32,000 nucleotides of DNA from Ignicoccus pacificus DSM 13166. Its GTDB lineage: Archaea > Thermoproteota > Thermoprotei_A > Sulfolobales > Ignicoccaceae. Within the stretch, counting starts at the first letter, position 1. Each line of letters begins with the position of its first letter. The notes under the pieces were generated by a model. The model saw nothing but the letters and a program-made list of their open reading frames with translations, was not told the origin of the DNA and made no database searches. The position numbers were made by a program, and so were the translations under genes. The stretch covers positions 1,230,001 to 1,262,000 of the forward strand of contig CP006868.1 of NCBI GenBank assembly GCA_025340205.1, in the 5' to 3' direction. Of the stretch, positions 26,402 through 32,000 are shown piece after piece.

Positions 26402-27996
26402 GGCAACTTTTAGCGCTGTACGACCAGAGTATGTATCGAGGAGTGATGAGTACGAAGAGCCGACTTAAGGTACGCCTTTTGACCCCTCCCATGGACGTCA
26501 GTTGGGGGTCCAAGTACATAGCTGTAGCTTTGGGTATGAGAGGTTTCACCTTGATTGACCCCTACACGGGAGAGGTCAGGAAGGAGATCACCGACAATCC
26601 CGCTTACGCCATCGCTTGGTCAGGAAGAGGAAAACTTGCCGTGGGCTCTGACGGCTATGTCTTAATATATGATGAGGAGGGAAGGAACGAGAAGAAGATA
26701 AGCGTCCCCGGAGAGGTCTCGGACCTAGTCTGGATCGGAGGGGGACTCATAGCTGGAGGCAACGGCTGGATAGCTTACTTGGAGGACAAGAAGGAGGTAG
26801 TCAACATAGGCTTGAACGTGACCAGGTTGGCTTGGAAGAGGGGTCTCCTAGCCGTTGGGACCGCGGAGGGAAGGCTCCTCATAATGGAGGAGGACAAAAT
26901 CATCTGGTCAGTTGAACTAGGCCCCTCCGTCCTTGGCCTCTCTTGGGGACCCTTCCTCTTAGCTGCTACGAGCAACGGGAAGATATTCAAAATATCTGAC
27001 TACGAAGAGTTCAAGCCTAAGGAGTTCATCGCTGTGAAGGGCGTAAGTGACCTAACCTGGAATCCCAAAGGAGATGAGTTCGCCTTAGCTGAGAACTACA
27101 AGAAGGCCATACTCTTCTACTCCTCGGACGGAGCCAAGATAGGAGAGGAGAGGCTCGACTCTATTCCTCTTGCAATAGACTACTCTCCCACTGCAGTGGA
27201 GGTGGCGGTAGTACTCGAGAGCGGAGAGCTCTACACCTTGGGAACTCCTAAGGTAGCCATAGTCCTTGAGGAACTCATCAAGGCTAGCAAGTGCAACCAG
27301 AAGGGAAGGATCCTCTGTCAAGCCCTCGAGAAGGCGTTCTGGAAGCTTGTGGGAGAGCTGGGTCAAGATATCCCCTTGGATGAGTTCTTGGCCTTGAAGA
27401 ACTTGGAGGAGAACATTCCTCAAGCCGTCTCCTGCCTCCTCAAGTACGCCAAGGAGGTAAGGGAAGCGGTAAGGGATATCCTAAGCATGGAGGACGTGGT
27501 AGATGCCTTAAAGGAGGGCTGTGAGAACTTCAAGAAGTGGATAGGAGTAGTTACCAAGAACAGGCTATGTGTCAAGAGGGTCTCCGAGCTCTTAGACGAC
27601 CTCTTGGACCTGGCTCCCGGAGAGCTCCTCCCTGCTCAGATCCCAACCTCAGTTACCTTAGTAGAGAGATTCGGGTGCGAAGGAGCCCTTAAAGTTATGG
27701 AGTGTGCCTTTGCCTTAGCTCTAATATTAAAGGACTTGAAGGAGCATGAGGATGAGCTGGGAGTGAAGCTGCCTACCCTAACGGAGGTGATACTCTACGC
27801 ATTGATGAAGAACGGGTGTGATGACCTAATTGCGAAGTTGAAGCAGATGGAGAAGCTGAAGAAGGAGGCGGCCAAGTACGCGGAAGAAGGTGAACTGGAC
27901 AAGCTGATGAGAGTACTAGACGAGGTAAGGAACATAGCTGAGGAGTTGAGGGAGGAGTTGCTGAGCACCTTGCCGGAGGGATATGTAGGAGTTTAA
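26398..27996 (+). CDS. Predicted seven-bladed beta-propeller followed by alpha-helical (solenoid-like) domain
   Basis: 532 aa. Seven degenerate about 40-aa repeats (e.g. SKYIAVALGMRGFTLIDPYTGEV, KLAVGSDGYVLIYDEEG, LIAGGNGWIAYLEDK, LLAVGTAEGRLLIMEED, LLAATSNGKIFKISDYE, EFALAENYKKAILFYSSDG, VAVVLESGELYTLGT), then about 230 aa of helices. ATGA overlap with hdrB. Confidence 0.75.
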   Translation: MRQLLALYDQSMYRGVMSTKSRLKVRLLTPPMDVSWGSKYIAVALGMRGFTLIDPYTGEVRKEITDNPAYAIAWSGRGKLAVGSDGYVLIYDEEGRNEKKISVPGEVSDLVWIGGGLIAGGNGWIAYLEDKKEVVNIGLNVTRLAWKRGLLAVGTAEGRLLIMEEDKIIWSVELGPSVLGLSWGPFLLAATSNGKIFKISDYEEFKPKEFIAVKGVSDLTWNPKGDEFALAENYKKAILFYSSDGAKIGEERLDSIPLAIDYSPTAVEVAVVLESGELYTLGTPKVAIVLEELIKASKCNQKGRILCQALEKAFWKLVGELGQDIPLDEFLALKNLEENIPQAVSCLLKYAKEVREAVRDILSMEDVVDALKEGCENFKKWIGVVTKNRLCVKRVSELLDDLLDLAPGELLPAQIPTSVTLVERFGCEGALKVMECAFALALILKDLKEHEDELGVKLPTLTEVILYALMKNGCDDLIAKLKQMEKLKKEAAKYAEEGELDKLMRVLDEVRNIAEELREELLSTLPEGYVGV

Positions 27997-29612
27997 TCGA
28001 CCCTTCCTGAGCTCCACTCTTGGAGCTCCCAAGCCAAGCTCAGCGCCTTCTCGAACGACTCCCTCAGGAGTTCCTCAACCTCCTTCTTGTCCATAAACGT
28101 GTCCTCAAACAGTCCCTCGGCCTTTCCCTCCTTGAGTCTCCATGCGCTCAAGTTGTCTATCCTTCCCATGGTCTTCGGGAAGACTATGGTTACCTTTGCG
28201 TAAAGCGATCCCTTCAAGTTTCTCGAGACCACGGACCTGGGCGAGTGCTGGATGGGAACAGCTTCGTGAGGTTTGGATCGGTCGAATACGTAGACCTCGC
28301 CGGAGAGGCCCTCGTAGGCGCTGTGGTAAAATATCACAAAGGGATTTAAGTTCCTCTTCATGACGTACATAAACCTATCCCTATCCTCCTTTATCGCCCT
28401 TACTATTGACCTACTGTTGTACTCATTCATTATTAGGGCGCTCCAGTGCCTCCTCGAGAGAATACCCTTCGCTAACGTGTACAAGGCCAGGAAGAGGTCA
28501 GGCCTCTCCAAGCTTATCTCAGAGCCCTCCTTCAGCTCCTTTCCAAAGCTCACGATCCTCCTCAGTATCCTGTAGAAGGCTCCGTCCGTTACGTTGAGGA
28601 CGCTCTCGTAGAGCTCGGGGATATCGTGGAGCATTATCTTCCTTATTTGGGAAAACTCCGGGTAGCCGTTAGCTAGGGTTCTCAAGTCCTCATCGGGAAG
28701 AGCTAGGATCAAGCTGAGTACTCTCGTCGCCATAGCGCTGTAAATTATCGAAATGGGGTGGAGGTATACGTCGTTGTACATGTAAACTCTGCTTAACAAC
28801 ATGTTCTCAATTACACTTATTCCTTTTTCAACGACCCCTAAGGTGAAGACCTTCTGGGCTACTCTCTTAGGAACTATCGCTATGACGTTGTAGAGTCTGT
28901 CAAGATCGTAGAGGCCGGCGGTCGCCCCTGAGAAGTAGTAGTCCCTCAGTATGTAATCTCCCCTGTCCGCGTCTATCTCAGAGCTTATCATCTGAGAGGC
29001 TATTACCTTAGCGTTAAGCTCTGAATCATTAGCACAGTCTACCTCCTTGTCTATGTAAGCTAGTTTGAGTATTTCCTCTACTAGCTCCAGCTTGACCTCC
29101 TCGCCGGCATACTTTATTGGTCCCAACCTCTCCTTCATCTCGTTAAGCAAGCTGAGCGTAAGGTGTTCATGAGAAACCATAGTTTGAACGCTCTTCTCCT
29201 TCGCTTCGATGTAGTAAATGTAATCCTTCATGGCTACCTCGAAGACGTGGGATAACGCCACGTGGCCTAGGTCGTGAAGTAATGCGGCGACGATTATCTC
29301 CTTCTTCATTGAATCCAAGTGATCCAATACCTCCCCAGCGTATTCCTTAAGGTCCTTGAACCTCAAGTACCTTATTACCATCTCTTCTGTGTTCTTCCTT
29401 ATATTGTTTAACATGTTCTTAACTACGTGAGCCACTCCTAAGGAGTGCTCGAACCTCGTATGGTTTGCTCCAGGGTAGACGTAATGGGAGAGGCCTAGCT
29501 GTCTTATCTCCCTCAGTCTTTGGAATATCTCCGTATCTATCAGAGTCTCGAAGAGATCGGAGGGAAACTCTATGAAGCCGTGTATGGGGTCTCTGACCGT
29601 CTTCCTCTCCAT
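27993..29612 (-). CDS. HD-domain phosphohydrolase (dNTPase/SpoT-like)
   Basis: RKTVRDPIHGFIEFP, NHTRFEHSLGVAHV, AALLHDLGHVALSH: HD superfamily signature. Confidence 0.9.
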   Translation of the reverse strand: MERKTVRDPIHGFIEFPSDLFETLIDTEIFQRLREIRQLGLSHYVYPGANHTRFEHSLGVAHVVKNMLNNIRKNTEEMVIRYLRFKDLKEYAGEVLDHLDSMKKEIIVAALLHDLGHVALSHVFEVAMKDYIYYIEAKEKSVQTMVSHEHLTLSLLNEMKERLGPIKYAGEEVKLELVEEILKLAYIDKEVDCANDSELNAKVIASQMISSEIDADRGDYILRDYYFSGATAGLYDLDRLYNVIAIVPKRVAQKVFTLGVVEKGISVIENMLLSRVYMYNDVYLHPISIIYSAMATRVLSLILALPDEDLRTLANGYPEFSQIRKIMLHDIPELYESVLNVTDGAFYRILRRIVSFGKELKEGSEISLERPDLFLALYTLAKGILSRRHWSALIMNEYNSRSIVRAIKEDRDRFMYVMKRNLNPFVIFYHSAYEGLSGEVYVFDRSKPHEAVPIQHSPRSVVSRNLKGSLYAKVTIVFPKTMGRIDNLSAWRLKEGKAEGLFEDTFMDKKEVEELLRESFEKALSLAWELQEWSSGRVD

Positions 29613-29666
29613 CCCTCGCTGGACCGTTATGCTGAGAACTTGGGCAAGAATAAAGACGTTTCCCGA

Positions 29667-30245
29667 TTAGCTGAACAAGCGGTAATCGTTCACTATTATT
29701 ACCTTATGTTCTAAGGCCTTCTTCCATGTAGGCTTCTTGATCATCTTCTTTGCTTCCTCTGGGTCCAGAAGATCGCCTCAAAGTCTTCGAATTCTGGAAA
29801 CACCTCCCACCGGTATATCGGCTTTACTCCCTTGACCAGCTCGCTCACGACTATTACGTCCACGTCGCTCCACAAGTTGAAGTCTCCTCTGGCATAGCTC
29901 CCGAACAAGACGACCGTTAGCGGTCCTCTTCTTCTAGCTTTTTCCGCAGCTTCCCTAAGATTAGCTATTACCCTCCCCTTCCTTCTTCCTTCTTTCTAAT
30001 ATCTCTCCCAGCGACATCTTCGGCCCATCTTATTACCTTTTTCAGCACATCTTTTAGCTCTCAAAGCGTCCTCTTCATCGAAGTACTCCCAAAAGCGCCC
30101 CTTCGGAAAAGGAGTCGGGATAGCGAGGAGGTATGTAGAGCTTGTCCAAGAGTTTAGTTATTTCGTGACCAAAGGCAGCTATTCCCATTGAGTACAGCAA
30201 GCCCTTGAAACACGCCCAAGCGTAGCCTTCGTGCTCTATGTTAGC
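29667..30245 (-). pseudogene. Decayed HEPN/MNT nucleotidyltransferase module with several frameshifts
   Basis: Reverse strand fragments in different frames: ANIEHEGYAWACFKGLLYSMGIAAFGHEITKLLDKLYIPPRYPDSFSEG / EYFDEEDALRAKRCAEK / VIRWAEDVAGRD (HEPN) and RVIANLREAAEKARRRGPLTVVLFGSYARGDFNLWSDVDVIVVSELVKGVKPIYRWEVFPEFEDFEAIFWT / PEEAKKMIKKPTWKKALEHKVIIVNDYRLFS* (MNT). Confidence 0.75.
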
Positions 30246-30641
30246 TCTATCAGCTCATAAGGTCTTCGTCCAAAAAGACCTTCCCGTTCAAGATGCCCTT
30301 CGCTTAGCAAAAAGGTTGGGGATGAGCGGGAACCTCCGGCAGTGAGTGGATGAACGACTCTACCAGAGGCGACCTCGACTATTACAGCCAGTTTAAGTGC
30401 ATGTGACTAGAGCTACACGTTATCTCTCATTCTTTCCTTTAAGAGGTAGATCCTTGTCAAAGGTTGTATGAAAGGGGAGAAGACGTTTATGTCATCGTCG
30501 AGCTTGTCGCCAACATAGCGTCCTTTAGAAATACTATTAGGGACTCCTTGGAGAGAATCAAAGAGTTAAAGGAGTAGCCAAAGGGATGTAGAGCTTCTCG
30601 TAAAAGCTGATGTCCAACCCCTACTCCAAGGTAAGGGGGGC

Positions 30642-31466
30642 TTGAGGGTCCACTATTTTCTCTTTTTGCTAGCAATGCTCTCAATAGGCTCCTCAGCGAT
30701 ATTGGTGAGGTTGGCCAACGCTCCCGGCACCGTCTGCGCCTTCTTCCGCTTGCTCTTCTCCTTGCCCTTTGTGATAGTACTTAACAAGGGGTCTTTCAAG
30801 GGCTTTGACAGGTTGGCAGTATTGAGTGGAATCGCCTTGGGGGTCCACTTCTCCCTCTGGATGGATTCGCTTTACCGCTTGCCCGTTTTCGTGAGCACGG
30901 CCGTAGTGACCACTTACCCGGCGTTTCTGGCATTAATCGAATGGAAGAAGGAAGGCTTTAGACCCCTTTCCGCCTTGGGAATAGCCTTAGCCCTGTTAGG
31001 CACCTTCTCCCTCTTCGGCCTGAGGGGAGTCTTAGACCCCCTCGGACTTCTCGAGTCCCTTTTGGGCTCCTTGGCGATCACGGCCTATTTCTGGATTGGG
31101 AGGAAGGTTAGAAGAGAGAAGGAGCTGGGGGAGTACGTCCTATGGGCATATGCCTTCGCCGCCCTTACCGTCTTCCTTTACTTACTCCTTGTAAATGTCG
31201 ACCCCTTCATCTATCTCCCTAGGTCCTTCATTTGGTTCCTCCTCATGGCTTTAGTTCCTATGATGGGGGGCCATACGGTAATGAACTACTTGATCAAGTA
31301 CTACAAGGCCTACGTCGTTAGCTCTATAGCGTTCCTAGAGCCCATAATAGCCGCTATCCTAGCGTACTTGATATTCGGGGAAGTTCCGCCGAACAAGAGC
31401 CTCTTACCCAGCCTAGGAATAGTCCTAGGCGTCAGCTTGGTCGTGCTCTCGGAGCGCTACGAGTAG
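30642..31466 (+). CDS. EamA/DMT-family membrane transporter
   Basis: Ten hydrophobic segments. SSAILVRLANAPGTVCAFFRLLF N-terminal repeat and SSIAFLEPIIAAILAYLIFGEVPP C-terminal EamA motif. Confidence 0.85.
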   Translation: MRVHYFLFLLAMLSIGSSAILVRLANAPGTVCAFFRLLFSLPFVIVLNKGSFKGFDRLAVLSGIALGVHFSLWMDSLYRLPVFVSTAVVTTYPAFLALIEWKKEGFRPLSALGIALALLGTFSLFGLRGVLDPLGLLESLLGSLAITAYFWIGRKVRREKELGEYVLWAYAFAALTVFLYLLLVNVDPFIYLPRSFIWFLLMALVPMMGGHTVMNYLIKYYKAYVVSSIAFLEPIIAAILAYLIFGEVPPNKSLLPSLGIVLGVSLVVLSERYE

Positions 31467-31514
31467 AAAACTCTTAAAGCAAAGTTGGTAAGGTGCGGCT
31501 ACGGGTCACATGTA

Positions 31515-32000
31515 TTGCAAGGTGGGAGTCAGCTCTCAGACATACTAAACATTATAACTCAGATAATGTTCATGGCTTTCCTATTCATGGCCTTCACCGG
31601 AGCCGATCAGAGGCTCAGGATGTACCTATGGGCCAAGAACATCAAGGCTAGGATGGAAGAGATAAAGGAGATGGCAGAGGAGAGTAAGAAGGAAAGCATA
31701 GAAGTCCTCAAGAAGCTTGGGGTAAGCAAGGCTGAGGATTTAGTAAACAAGCTAAGCGAGTTTTTCACCATAAGTCCCGTCGACATAGAGCCAACCGACA
31801 TAACCAAGAGGATGGCTCACATCTTCAGAACCGGGCTGAGGAGGTGGGAGAAGGAAATAGACAAGAACTTAACAGAGCAGATACCCAAGGCGAACAAGCA
31901 CAACGCTTTGGTCCTAATTGAGATAACCAACAGCCTCAATATGATATATAAGATAATTAGGCACTACCTCCTTTACGCCCTTAAGAATAACAACTTGTTC
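31515..32000 (+). CDS. DUF1512-like archaeal membrane protein, C-terminus cut by window edge
   Basis: TTG ORF, ...QLSDILNIITQIMFMAFLFMAFTGADQRLRMYLWAKNIKARMEEIKEMAEESK...ITNSLNMIYKIIRHYLLYALKNNNLF. Family recalled by pattern. Confidence 0.6.
   Translation, partial: MQGGSQLSDILNIITQIMFMAFLFMAFTGADQRLRMYLWAKNIKARMEEIKEMAEESKKESIEVLKKLGVSKAEDLVNKLSEFFTISPVDIEPTDITKRMAHIFRTGLRRWEKEIDKNLTEQIPKANKHNALVLIEITNSLNMIYKIIRHYLLYALKNNNLF

Noticed and set aside
30300-30640. Plus-strand fragment GEDVYVIVELVANIASFRNTIRDSLERIKELKE*
   Set aside because: Short open fragment with no start, RBS or recognisable family. It may be a gene remnant but is not strong enough to call.
1-32000. CRISPR array, transposase/integrase or rRNA
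   Set aside because: No regularly spaced direct repeats, no DDE/HUH/tyrosine recombinase motifs in the ORFs, and no rRNA-like conserved blocks were seen.

Overview
Archaeal chromosome segment, probably crenarchaeal and Desulfurococcales/Ignicoccus-like (inferred from GTG/TTG starts, TATA-type promoters, a BHB tRNA intron and an HdrB-type gene plus thiolase). The housekeeping content includes partial pyrE, thiL-like, tRNA-Thr with a 25-nt intron, hypB, a creatininase/ArfB-like enzyme, thiolase, alaS, AlaX, an ACT-like protein, HtpX, a proteasome beta subunit, vapBC, a TrxR-like flavoprotein, a homocitrate/isopropylmalate synthase-family enzyme, HdrB, an HD hydrolase, an EamA transporter and a DUF1512-like protein. 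The best candidate for an undescribed system is the co-directional pair at 3790-8294 (minus). One gene encodes a 648-aa protein with an N-terminal degenerate P-loop/nucleotide-kinase-like region and a C-terminal nucleoside-deoxyribosyltransferase-like region. The other encodes an AT-rich, orphan, mostly helical 786-aa protein. A hairpin nested in an 11-bp direct repeat lies between them, and a divergent nucleotidyltransferase and an intron-containing tRNA lie beside them. Other notable signals are: a 7-repeat beta-propeller plus alpha-helical protein whose start codon overlaps the stop of an HdrB gene; a 55-aa protein with mirror-symmetric cysteine spacing that is absent from the supplied ORF track; a dockerin-bearing secreted protein; a proteasome beta subunit with Ala where the catalytic Thr1 is expected; a tandem pair of small paralogs; one frameshifted HEPN/MNT module; and one heavily decayed HEPN/MNT relic. 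All domain assignments are by eye and no database search was run.
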